Source: an uncultured virus (IMG/VR IMGVR_UViG_3300034375_009390)
Lineage: Duplodnaviria; Heunggongvirae; Uroviricota; Caudoviricetes
Length of the DNA stretch: 23,014 nucleotides
Strand: one strand, 5' to 3'
Virus record (IMG/VR): IMGVR_UViG_3300034375_009390
Numbering within the stretch: the stretch's first letter is position 1; every line of letters begins with the position of its first letter. The notes under the pieces are model-generated. The model was not told the origin of the DNA and ran no database searches. It saw nothing but the letters and a program-made list of their open reading frames with translations. The translations under genes were made by a program, and so were the position numbers. This document shows positions 16,151 through 23,014 of the stretch, in pieces.

Positions 16151-16423
16151 ATGGCAACCATTCAACATCTCTGTGCTCGCAACGATGTCAACGGCAACCC
16201 ACAACGTTTGTATGTTCTATCTGTAGACGGTGAGCAGATCGCTGCGTGGGATGAAGGCTACCTAGGTCACCACGCTATGCCTGGTATCTGGCGCGATGCT
16301 GCATACAATGCAGAGCGTATTGATTGCAGCGTGGCACTGTATCGCAAACTATTGCGTACACTTCCTTCACCCGATTGGGCTCACGATGTGCCAGGTTATG
16401 CACATCTCCGCGAGCACGTTTGA
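16151..16423 (+). CDS. Hypothetical phage protein
   Basis: 90 aa, NDVNGNPQRLYV...AAWDEGYLG; preceded by the repeat. Confidence 0.8.
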   Translation: MATIQHLCARNDVNGNPQRLYVLSVDGEQIAAWDEGYLGHHAMPGIWRDAAYNAERIDCSVALYRKLLRTLPSPDWAHDVPGYAHLREHV

Positions 16424-16458
16424 TCAATTCACTGTCATCAATTCCCCTGCATCTGCCT

Positions 16459-16473
16459 CCGTAACTAACCCAA
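16459..16473 (+). repeat. Start-associated intergenic repeat, copy 4 (partial)
   Basis: CCGTAACTAACCCAA before the ATG at 16487. Confidence 0.8.
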
Positions 16474-16486
16474 TCGCGCCCTAATT

Positions 16487-16681
16487 ATGTACATCGACAA
16501 CACACAACTTGACCGTGAATTCATGCGTCGCATGATACGTGCGTATGAACAGGATCTGCTGCAGTTAGTCAGCGAAACCCCAGATCACCCTGGTGGTGAC
16601 TGGGCACGCGAACATCTAGCCAAACTAGAAGAACTGCGCGGACTTACATTCAGCTCATTCACTCAAACTGTTACCTTCTGA
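16487..16681 (+). CDS. Hypothetical protein
   Basis: 64-aa ORF in the array. Confidence 0.7.
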   Translation: MYIDNTQLDREFMRRMIRAYEQDLLQLVSETPDHPGGDWAREHLAKLEELRGLTFSSFTQTVTF

Positions 16682-16683
16682 TC

Positions 16684-16899
16684 ATGTCTTACAACAGCAT
16701 GTCCAACTTCCACAAAGATCAGATCTTGCACGTAGTTAGTAACTACATGACATCAGAGATGCGACGCATAATGATGCGGGAGTGTCCGGCAGCATACAAC
16801 GCACTGTGCGGACGTACAGTTGTAACTTCTCAGGTAGAAGACACAGGCCGTAAGGTTATCGAACGTCCGGAGGATGAAGGAGCCATAACCTTTAACTAG
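16684..16899 (+). CDS. Hypothetical protein
   Basis: 71-aa ORF, 2 nt after the previous stop. Confidence 0.7.
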   Translation: MSYNSMSNFHKDQILHVVSNYMTSEMRRIMMRECPAAYNALCGRTVVTSQVEDTGRKVIERPEDEGAITFN

Positions 16900-16900
16900 A

Positions 16901-16922
16901 CTCGCTCCGCGAGGCGCCCTCA
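16901..16922 (+). promoter_or_regulatory. Triloop hairpin plus GCGCCCTCA motif
   Basis: CTCGC-TCC-GCGAG-GCGCCCTCA, intergenic. Confidence 0.65.
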
Positions 16923-16940
16923 CACAATTACATCAACATC

Positions 16941-17399
16941 ATGGGACTCGATCAGTACCTTCAAGCTGACTATTACTTCTCCGACACATGGGATAACAAC
17001 AATGGCAAAGCTGCTGAGATCGCCCGAATCTGTGATCTTCCCTCTGGCTTAGTTAGATCTAAACAAGTATCTGTGCGCATCACATTGATGCACTGGCGCA
17101 ACACACAGTGGCTGCACGATTACATAATCGAACACGCACAAGCTGATTGTGATGCTTCTGAATGTTATGTAGACACGAAAGTTCTAGAGGATTTCATTGT
17201 TGACGCCACGCGGGTGATCGACGGCGAGGATCCTATTGATTGTATGTTTCCTAACCCTGATTGGAGTGATCTACTTAAACACTACGACCGTAAACACACA
17301 GACTACGATCGTTTAGTCCTTGTTGAGACACGCGACAAGTTTATCGAGATAATTAACACACTCCCCTGCGTTGACTTCTACTACCGTTCAAGTTGCTAA
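16941..17399 (+). CDS. Conserved phage hypothetical protein (MGLD.YL / WR...LH family)
   Basis: MGLDQYL...MHWRNTQWLHDYI...FYYRSS pattern. Confidence 0.8.
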   Translation: MGLDQYLQADYYFSDTWDNNNGKAAEIARICDLPSGLVRSKQVSVRITLMHWRNTQWLHDYIIEHAQADCDASECYVDTKVLEDFIVDATRVIDGEDPIDCMFPNPDWSDLLKHYDRKHTDYDRLVLVETRDKFIEIINTLPCVDFYYRSSC

Positions 17400-17403
17400 C
17401 ACA

Positions 17404-17604
17404 ATGATCACACTAACTACACTTGACGAATATGGTGTAACTTACGCCGTAGACACATTCCTATCTGTTGAAGACGCTAAAGATGCTCTGTGGCAGATGG
17501 AATGCACACTAGATGAAATGCCACACGGCGCTCGTTATTACGAATTGCAGGACGCAATCGCGGATCTTCGTTCCCAAATTACAGAGCATGAATCAAATGA
17601 CTAA
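17404..17604 (+). CDS. Hypothetical protein
   Basis: ATG at 17404 within track ORF 17371..17604. Confidence 0.7.
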   Translation: MITLTTLDEYGVTYAVDTFLSVEDAKDALWQMECTLDEMPHGARYYELQDAIADLRSQITEHESND

Positions 17605-17779
17605 GCAACAAGCCCTAACTGAGTTTCGGTGCCTTTGGGCTGATTCAGTTAGCTACGATCCTACATTGCGCAGAGACACTGCTGCAAAGCGTGAAGCATT
17701 TAGTGACTTCGTGAAGTTGTTAAATCAACAACGGCTAGTGTCTGATCGCCAAGTTTACACTTGGTCTAATCCTTTCTAA
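17597..17779 (+). CDS. Small cyanophage-type protein (MTK.QAL..F...AKREAF...W.NPF)
   Basis: ATG at 17597 within track ORF 17513..17779; overlaps the previous gene's end. Confidence 0.75.
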   Translation: MTKQQALTEFRCLWADSVSYDPTLRRDTAAKREAFSDFVKLLNQQRLVSDRQVYTWSNPF

Positions 17780-17784
17780 ACATC

Positions 17785-17961
17785 ATGCCCAATCACTTCC
17801 CTTACGACGTGTACAACCTGGACTCACACTCTCTGTCCTACCACGCTCTCGCACAATTCAGACAGATTCTCCTTAAAGAGAAGATGCCTCTCGACATTGT
17901 GGACACAATCGAGGATCGAATCATCCCAGCACTCGAACACATTGTGTCCAGCGACTACTAA
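17785..17961 (+). CDS. Hypothetical protein (58 aa)
   Basis: MPNHFPYDVYNLDSHSLSYHALAQFRQILLKEKMPLDIVDTIEDRIIPALEHIVSSDY; fills the gap, below the track cutoff. Confidence 0.7.
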   Translation: MPNHFPYDVYNLDSHSLSYHALAQFRQILLKEKMPLDIVDTIEDRIIPALEHIVSSDY

Positions 17962-18000
17962 CTTTTAACTAACCAAACACATCAACATCACATCAACGTC

Positions 18001-18348
18001 ATGCGTAAGATCGAAGCACAAATGCTGCAGGCTATTGCCAATAAGCAAGACTGGAAGTGCGACAACACTGAGGTTGTTGTAACGTACTTCGCCCACGCTG
18101 ATCGAATGATTGATCGTGCAACTGTTTACCTGCACGGCAGCCCGATTGCACAAGTCAGCCCCAATACAGTAACAGTGTGCGACTGTGGTTATCAGACCGC
18201 AACAACGAAGTCACGTATCAACACCATCTTGCGCGAACTGTGTGGTGGTGGTGTGTACCAGAGGAATCACAAGTGGTACGGCTACTCTAGTACCGAAACG
18301 GAATGGTTGATCGAGCCTAATTCCTCCTACTGTTTCGTGCGAGGCTAA
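18001..18348 (+). CDS. Cyanophage-type hypothetical protein (MRKIE.QM..AI)
   Basis: 115 aa, VYLHG..IA...G.QT.TTKSRIN.IL pattern; preceded by degenerate repeat TAACTAACCAAACAC (17966-17980). Confidence 0.85.
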   Translation: MRKIEAQMLQAIANKQDWKCDNTEVVVTYFAHADRMIDRATVYLHGSPIAQVSPNTVTVCDCGYQTATTKSRINTILRELCGGGVYQRNHKWYGYSSTETEWLIEPNSSYCFVRG

Positions 18349-18367
18349 AGCACTATCATCAATCCCT

Positions 18368-18403
18368 CCCAGCTTCGCTGGGGCCGCCCTCATAATGTAC
18401 AAT
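18368..18403 (+). promoter_or_regulatory. Triloop hairpin plus GCCGCCCTCA motif and -10-like TACAAT
   Basis: CCCAGC-TTC-GCTGGG-GCCGCCCTCA-TAATG-TACAAT, intergenic. Confidence 0.65.
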
Positions 18404-18423
18404 CAAGTGCATTTACTAACACC

Positions 18424-18672
18424 ATGAAACTTGTAAGCTCTAGGCACATCGACATTGCCAATCTCAAAGGCGCCATCGTAACTAACACAAACGGCGCTGA
18501 GTTCTACGTTCTCGGATTTGAGGTTGACGTTGAGTCCCACACGATCAACATCGTGATGCAACCAACTGACGGTAGTGGTCCAATAGGTTTACTGTGGGAT
18601 CATATTAAAGACTGGACAATCGCACTGCAGCCGATCCACTGGCTCAACGACATCCTGACAATTAGCAAATGA
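18424..18672 (+). CDS. Hypothetical protein
   Basis: 82-aa ORF. Confidence 0.7.
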   Translation: MKLVSSRHIDIANLKGAIVTNTNGAEFYVLGFEVDVESHTINIVMQPTDGSGPIGLLWDHIKDWTIALQPIHWLNDILTISK

Positions 18673-18929
18673 AACGCGCAGAACTAATCGACTTGTACGC
18701 TGACATCACCGTAAGCTCAATGGATTACAGCGAGCTTGAATCCTTTGTGTACAACATGATCGCCCAACAACTAGAAACAGAAACAGACAACAAGCTGGTC
18801 GATCGGTTTTACAAAGACATCTGCGAAAGCAAGCCCAAATACCTGTGGGATCTTGGACGCACGGTCTTAACGAAAGACGAAGTGCAAGCGTACCTTAACT
18901 CAACTTCCGTAACTAATCCAACCCACTAA
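18669..18929 (+). CDS. Hypothetical protein
   Basis: 86 aa, ATGA-coupled; 3' end runs through a repeat copy (18907-18922). Confidence 0.7.
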   Translation: MKRAELIDLYADITVSSMDYSELESFVYNMIAQQLETETDNKLVDRFYKDICESKPKYLWDLGRTVLTKDEVQAYLNSTSVTNPTH

Positions 18930-19198
18930 CCAAGTACTCATAGATAAACCCTGCGGCGAAACACATCATCAGCCACGTGCCAAGATCAAACGGTATATCG
19001 TACATAGGTAAGTAGAAATGCTTACCCTGTCAGTCTGGCCGTACATCATCAGCCTGTCTCGTATCGTTCACGACACATCATGAAACCCAGACACACTGGC
19101 AACATCCTTAAACATCTGCCCAACCCTTACAAACATCTCCTTTAACCCTGTGGGAGTTGACTGGGCGCCACGCTGCTCTCCCGCGAACTAAATTCACT

Positions 19199-19220
19199 CC
19201 GGCTTCGCCGGGCCGCCGCA
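19199..19220 (+). promoter_or_regulatory. Triloop hairpin plus GCCGCCGCA motif
   Basis: CCGGC-TTC-GCCGG-GCCGCCGCA, 12 nt before the ATG at 19233. Confidence 0.65.
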
Positions 19221-19232
19221 TTATTTACTACG

Positions 19233-19631
19233 ATGCCTTTCTCGCCTACACAACCTCCAGAAGACATAACTAAATGTCCCAAATGCGCGTCACACGCCTT
19301 TTATGTTCTTGAGACTCGCTCAAACAGAGAGTATACAAGACGTAGAAGATACTGCAAACAGTGTGAGTATCGTGCAACATTTTACGAAGTCTCAAAGGAG
19401 CGTTACCTGCAGTTTCAAGCTGACTCTAAAGCGTTGAGCCGGTTACTTGATCAACTCCAAAGTCTCTTGGATACAAGAGGTGAACAATCTCAAGAAGTTA
19501 AAGTTCCGAAAGTTAAGTCTATACCTTGTAAGGATTGCAGTTACGCGCCTGAAGGAAAGTGTTCATTCGAATACCCGGAGGCGTTCACATTAGAAGCACA
19601 CGATTGCTCTATGTTCATACAAAAGCACTAA
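19233..19631 (+). CDS. Zinc-ribbon protein with NrdR-like N-terminal domain and a second Cys cluster
   Basis: CPKC...VLETR....TRRRRYCKQC.YR.TFYE, then PCKDC...CSF.YPE.....DC; no ATP-cone seen. Confidence 0.8.
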   Translation: MPFSPTQPPEDITKCPKCASHAFYVLETRSNREYTRRRRYCKQCEYRATFYEVSKERYLQFQADSKALSRLLDQLQSLLDTRGEQSQEVKVPKVKSIPCKDCSYAPEGKCSFEYPEAFTLEAHDCSMFIQKH

Positions 19632-19771
19632 GAGGAAAATCTCGTTAAGTAGAAGCTAGTTTACAGAAAGTTTTTACTAGTCAGTGGTTCGATACGCTAT
19701 AACACTAAGTTAAATAATGGAAAGAAGACTGAGCGACGCTGTGATAAATTAGCTTCGCTTTCCTCTCAACC

Positions 19772-19945
19772 ATGCGTAAGCAGGAATCTGCGGTTAAAGA
19801 GTTCGACATCTTCAGTAACCATAAGGGGCCGTGGGGTTTCTTGTGCTCAGTTGAAGCAAACAACGAAAACGATGCAAAACTGATTGCGATGAGGGAGCAC
19901 CACATCTTCCATCACAATCAAGTCTCCGTCTACCCGAAGAAATAA
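19772..19945 (+). CDS. Hypothetical protein (57 aa)
   Basis: MRKQESAVKEFDIFSNHKGPWGFLCSVEANNENDAKLIAMREHHIFHHNQVSVYPKK; co-oriented with neighbours, below the track cutoff. Confidence 0.7.
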   Translation: MRKQESAVKEFDIFSNHKGPWGFLCSVEANNENDAKLIAMREHHIFHHNQVSVYPKK

Positions 19946-19976
19946 CCTGTGTTAAACCATGTACAGGGTGGTGGCT

Positions 19977-19988
19977 GTGTGCTACCAT
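19977..19988 (+). promoter_or_regulatory. Putative extended -10 promoter GTGTGC-TACCAT
   Basis: Identical 12-mer to the minus-strand site at 11013-11024; intergenic, upstream of 20046. Confidence 0.55.
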
Positions 19989-20045
19989 TCTGTATAAGGC
20001 GGCACCGGCCTTTAACGTGGCGCACCAACCTCACTTCGTATCACC

Positions 20046-20468
20046 GTGAACATCAAAACATCTGATCTCGTCTGTCTCGGCGAGCGTGCAGCTGCCACGT
20101 GGGACGAACGCGATCGTGCGCAAACAGCCTTAGACGTAGCTTTCGGAACTCCTTTCGAAGCTGCGAAAGACAACCTGCTGCGTGACATCACGATTGCAGA
20201 ATCTTCCGGGGTCGACCTTTCGATCTTTAGCGGCACTGACAGCCGTTTTAAGTTTCCTGATCTTCACACGAACATCGTCGTTCGCATCTCTCGTAAACCC
20301 ACGCCGCACGCCAAACTCGAAAAGCTTGCCGACAAAGTGGCGAAGCTTGAGCAGGATCTTAAAGTTGCCAAGATGCAACTTAAGCACACAGCCGAACAAC
20401 TCATCGCACAGCAAGAGTGCGACGAGATCACCGACAAAATTACCCTCGCCTTCACCCGTCTCAAATGA
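20046..20468 (+). CDS. Hypothetical protein with C-terminal coiled coil
   Basis: 140 aa, GTG start. Confidence 0.75.
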   Translation: MNIKTSDLVCLGERAAATWDERDRAQTALDVAFGTPFEAAKDNLLRDITIAESSGVDLSIFSGTDSRFKFPDLHTNIVVRISRKPTPHAKLEKLADKVAKLEQDLKVAKMQLKHTAEQLIAQQECDEITDKITLAFTRLK

Positions 20469-20626
20469 TGACAAAGAAGCTGCAGGATTTCGCACTGTTT
20501 ACAGTAGCGAGCACGATCATGGCGATCACAGCTTTCGGTGCTCTTGGTCTTGATCCAAGCGAAGCACACCACTCTAAAAGTTGTGAATCAACACAAAGCC
20601 TTGACGTCAAGTGCTCCAAGCACTAA
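20465..20626 (+). CDS. Small membrane/exported protein
   Basis: MMTKKLQDFALFTVASTIMAITAFGALG...; ATGA-coupled. Confidence 0.6.
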   Translation: MMTKKLQDFALFTVASTIMAITAFGALGLDPSEAHHSKSCESTQSLDVKCSKH

Positions 20627-20647
20627 CCTACGCTAGAGCTTGAGCTC

Positions 20648-20679
20648 GGATCCCTTGTGCTACACAAGGGATTCTCTTT
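20648..20679 (+). terminator. Strong intergenic hairpin (terminator or processing/stability stem)
   Basis: GGATCCCTTGTG-CTA-CACAAGGGATTC followed by TCTTT; weak U tail. Confidence 0.5.
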
Positions 20680-20710
20680 ATCCACCTCACAGTCACTCCC
20701 GTAACTAAAC

Positions 20711-21907
20711 GTGAACCACTACCTTCTGTCCTGCTCCATTTCTGCGGACGTCCGCCAATCCGTACAGATTAAATTCGACGACCTCAAACTGCCTCAACAA
20801 GTTATCGACACACTCGAAGCGAACAATACGGTCAGCATTCGACCGCACCTTTCAAATGCACTGAAAGCAAAGCTCGACGCACTGCGTGTTAAGCAACGTC
20901 AACTGTACGATGCCTACTGCATTCATTACGGGGACGCTCACTTCGTTACAGCTTCTTACTTTCAGGAAGCTAACGAGATGATCAAAGAGATTAAGCGCGA
21001 CGCAGAGGGATACAACGAAGAACTCAAAGGTATGTGGGAACAGGAGTATGCACGCTGGCAAGAAACAGCCAGCGGAATTCTTCGACCGCTGTTCTCTGAA
21101 GATACAGAGTACTCAATCGCATTCGATGCGTACATGCGGTTTTTCCCCACGCGGGAGGAATACCGTAAGCCTATTCGTGTGTCGGTTCTCGGTCCCCTTC
21201 CTGTATCTCTTCAGAAAGTTGAGGCGCCTGTCGATGGTGACATTGATTCCGTTCTCGCTTACGAAAACGCGATCAACACACAACAAGTTCTCGAAGCCGC
21301 TAAAGCATCTGCCTCTGACAAAGCTTTGACACTCGGAGCTCAGCTGCTCGATGATCTAGACGTGCGTAGCGTTACTAAGATCGGGAGGCAACAGACGGGA
21401 TCAGAAAAGAAACGTGGTAGCTGGCAGATTACTGCAGAGAAACTCAAGCTCATCAGTGACAGCGTACCGGCTTTTAGTGATCTCGCTGTCCTCGCAGATC
21501 GTCTCCTGGAATCTGGCAACAACCTACAGTCTCCCGATCGTTCTATACGGACGAAGGCTACGGAGAACTTCTACGCAGTCCAGGAAGAAATCCGGACAGA
21601 GCTTTCTAACATCTGCGGTAGCCACAGCAGCTCCAAGGGTTTAGAGAAACTGCAGCAGTCTCTTGCACTGAGTTCACAGTACAAACTCCTCTGCGACAAG
21701 ATCAAAACTGCCGAAAGTACAAACACTCTGAATCTTCTGGTCAAAGACGCAAACACTGAGATCGACATCTACGAACAGCGTTCTAAGCAACTCCGCAAGC
21801 TGATCTCGCAACGACGCGAGCTCATCCAAGCTGCAGGAGATAACCTCGATGAACTCATCGAAGGTGTTAACTCACAAATCGACGAACAACCTGAAGCCGA
21901 CTTCTAA
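20711..21907 (+). CDS. DUF3150-like helical protein
   Basis: 398 aa, GTG start directly after CCGTAACTAAAC. Overall pattern (...HFV....EIKRD...EY..W...FPTREEY...) and position before an AAA ATPase resemble DUF3150. Family call by eye. Confidence 0.55.
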   Translation: MNHYLLSCSISADVRQSVQIKFDDLKLPQQVIDTLEANNTVSIRPHLSNALKAKLDALRVKQRQLYDAYCIHYGDAHFVTASYFQEANEMIKEIKRDAEGYNEELKGMWEQEYARWQETASGILRPLFSEDTEYSIAFDAYMRFFPTREEYRKPIRVSVLGPLPVSLQKVEAPVDGDIDSVLAYENAINTQQVLEAAKASASDKALTLGAQLLDDLDVRSVTKIGRQQTGSEKKRGSWQITAEKLKLISDSVPAFSDLAVLADRLLESGNNLQSPDRSIRTKATENFYAVQEEIRTELSNICGSHSSSKGLEKLQQSLALSSQYKLLCDKIKTAESTNTLNLLVKDANTEIDIYEQRSKQLRKLISQRRELIQAAGDNLDELIEGVNSQIDEQPEADF

Positions 21908-22110
21908 TGGATCGAACAGTCTTCGTATTTAAGACACATCAGGGGTATCTCTCTGATGTGAATCACTACACTCACGACGTTGCACGTGCTGTTTCGTTTG
22001 TAGATTTTGACTCGGCTGTAAGCAGATTGGCAGCAGTCAGTGGGACACTCACTGAACCTGTGTCAATCGAAGAAGTTTCAATTCCTTTTCCCCGTCCTTT
22101 CCCTCAGTAA
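21907..22110 (+). CDS. Hypothetical protein
   Basis: 67 aa, TAATG-coupled. Confidence 0.7.
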   Translation: MDRTVFVFKTHQGYLSDVNHYTHDVARAVSFVDFDSAVSRLAAVSGTLTEPVSIEEVSIPFPRPFPQ

Positions 22111-22114
22111 AACA

Positions 22115-23014
22115 GTGAACGATCAACTTTTCAGCAAGCTTCAAAACTTCCGTGGTGCTCTTAACTCTGCCACGCTCGAACGCGAACACGTTATCGACGG
22201 TCTCCTCGCTTCTGTAATCTCTAAACAGAATGCTTTCCTTCTCGGTGCTCCGGGCACTGGCAAGAGTGATCTCGTCCGTAGCGTTTGTAAGGGTATCAAA
22301 GGTGCTGACTACTTTGGCTATCTCCTGACGCCTACAACTGATCCAAGCGAACTGTTCGGTCCTGTCGCGGTCACCAAACTCCTCAAAGACGAATACACAC
22401 GCGACGTCTCCGGTTATCTTCCCTCGGCTCACATCGGTTTCCTCGATGAGCTGTTCCGCAGTTCTTCTGCGATTCTGAACTCGCTTCTGTCGCTACTGAA
22501 CGAACGTACGTTTAACAACGGAAATGAAGTCGTAAAGACTCCTCTGCAATCAATCATCGCTGCCACAAACAGCTGGCCACAAGAGGAGTCGCTGCAAGCG
22601 TTCGCCGATCGCTTTCTTTTCCGTCCGACAGTTGAGCTCCTCAAGAAGCCCGTGTCGAAGCGGACACTAGATGAGTGGGCACTGGGCATCGAAGAACGCC
22701 CAGAGGTTGGCGAGTTTCTGACACTCGACGAGCTCAACCAAATCCAGGAGTATGCCAAGACCCTTAAAGTCTCGGACGATTTTCTCGACAAGTTCAATTC
22801 TGTCTGGCAGATGCTGTCCCAACGCAGCATCACAATCTCAGATCGTCGTCGTGTTCAGATCCTGAAGTTCCTTCGCGCGTGGGCAATCGTTCAAGGTGAT
22901 GAAGAGCTTTACCCTGAGCACATGCACAACAGTATCGTACACATCGTGTACAACGATCTCGAAGACCAAAGCACTATCATCGAGATCTTGGAGCAGGAGA
23001 TTCCCACGGCGGAG
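22115..23014 (+). CDS. MoxR-family AAA+ ATPase, RavA-like (3' truncated by the window)
   Basis: GTG at 22115, open for 300 codons to the edge. Walker A GAPGTGKS, ELFGP, GYLP.A, Walker B GFLDELFR, AILNSLLSLLNER, AATN, DRFLFR, ISDRR. Not in the ORF track because it has no stop. Confidence 0.92.
   Translation, partial: MNDQLFSKLQNFRGALNSATLEREHVIDGLLASVISKQNAFLLGAPGTGKSDLVRSVCKGIKGADYFGYLLTPTTDPSELFGPVAVTKLLKDEYTRDVSGYLPSAHIGFLDELFRSSSAILNSLLSLLNERTFNNGNEVVKTPLQSIIAATNSWPQEESLQAFADRFLFRPTVELLKKPVSKRTLDEWALGIEERPEVGEFLTLDELNQIQEYAKTLKVSDDFLDKFNSVWQMLSQRSITISDRRRVQILKFLRAWAIVQGDEELYPEHMHNSIVHIVYNDLEDQSTIIEILEQEIPTAE

Noticed and set aside
15419..16473. CRISPR array or integron attC sites
   Set aside because: Repeat spacing is gene-sized and irregular, there are no cas or integrase genes in the window, and the repeat is non-palindromic and lacks the paired RYYYAAC...GTTRRRY attC ends.
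19705..19905. Minus-strand 66-aa ORF
   Set aside because: Antisense to the co-oriented plus-strand ORF 19772..19945, which fits the operon.
22049..22833. Minus-strand track ORFs 22049..22432 and 22429..22833
   Set aside because: Shadows of the plus-strand AAA+ ATPase, which has clear motifs.

Overview
This window looks like part of a tailed dsDNA phage genome, probably infecting a picocyanobacterium. The host is inferred from a DUF4278-like gene with an NtcA-type box, cyanobacterial-type boxA sequences and several small proteins resembling cyanophage families. Left part (1-13.7 kb): a mostly minus-strand late/accessory block with the terminase large subunit, Ala/Gln/Gly-rich putative virion proteins, an HTH regulator, a YkgJ-like protein, dCMP deaminase and a short-arm tRNA-Leu(UAA). 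It is interrupted by plus-strand glycosyltransferase/methyltransferase modules. Centre (13.9-15.1 kb): no credible ORF. It holds a terminator, a ~110-nt alternating purine-pyrimidine tract, a sigma70-type promoter and a ~800-nt highly structured plus-strand leader RNA with two boxA-like elements and a 25-bp helix. Right part (15.1-23 kb): a plus-strand array of small early-type genes, many preceded by the repeat CTGTAACTAACCCAACACAATC or by GNA-triloop hairpins, ending in a DUF3150-like protein and a RavA/MoxR AAA+ ATPase. The best candidate for an undescribed system is the large structured RNA, whose long helix carries the exact antisense of the repeat found before the downstream start codons. 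All family calls come from motif recognition by eye; no database search or folding program was run.
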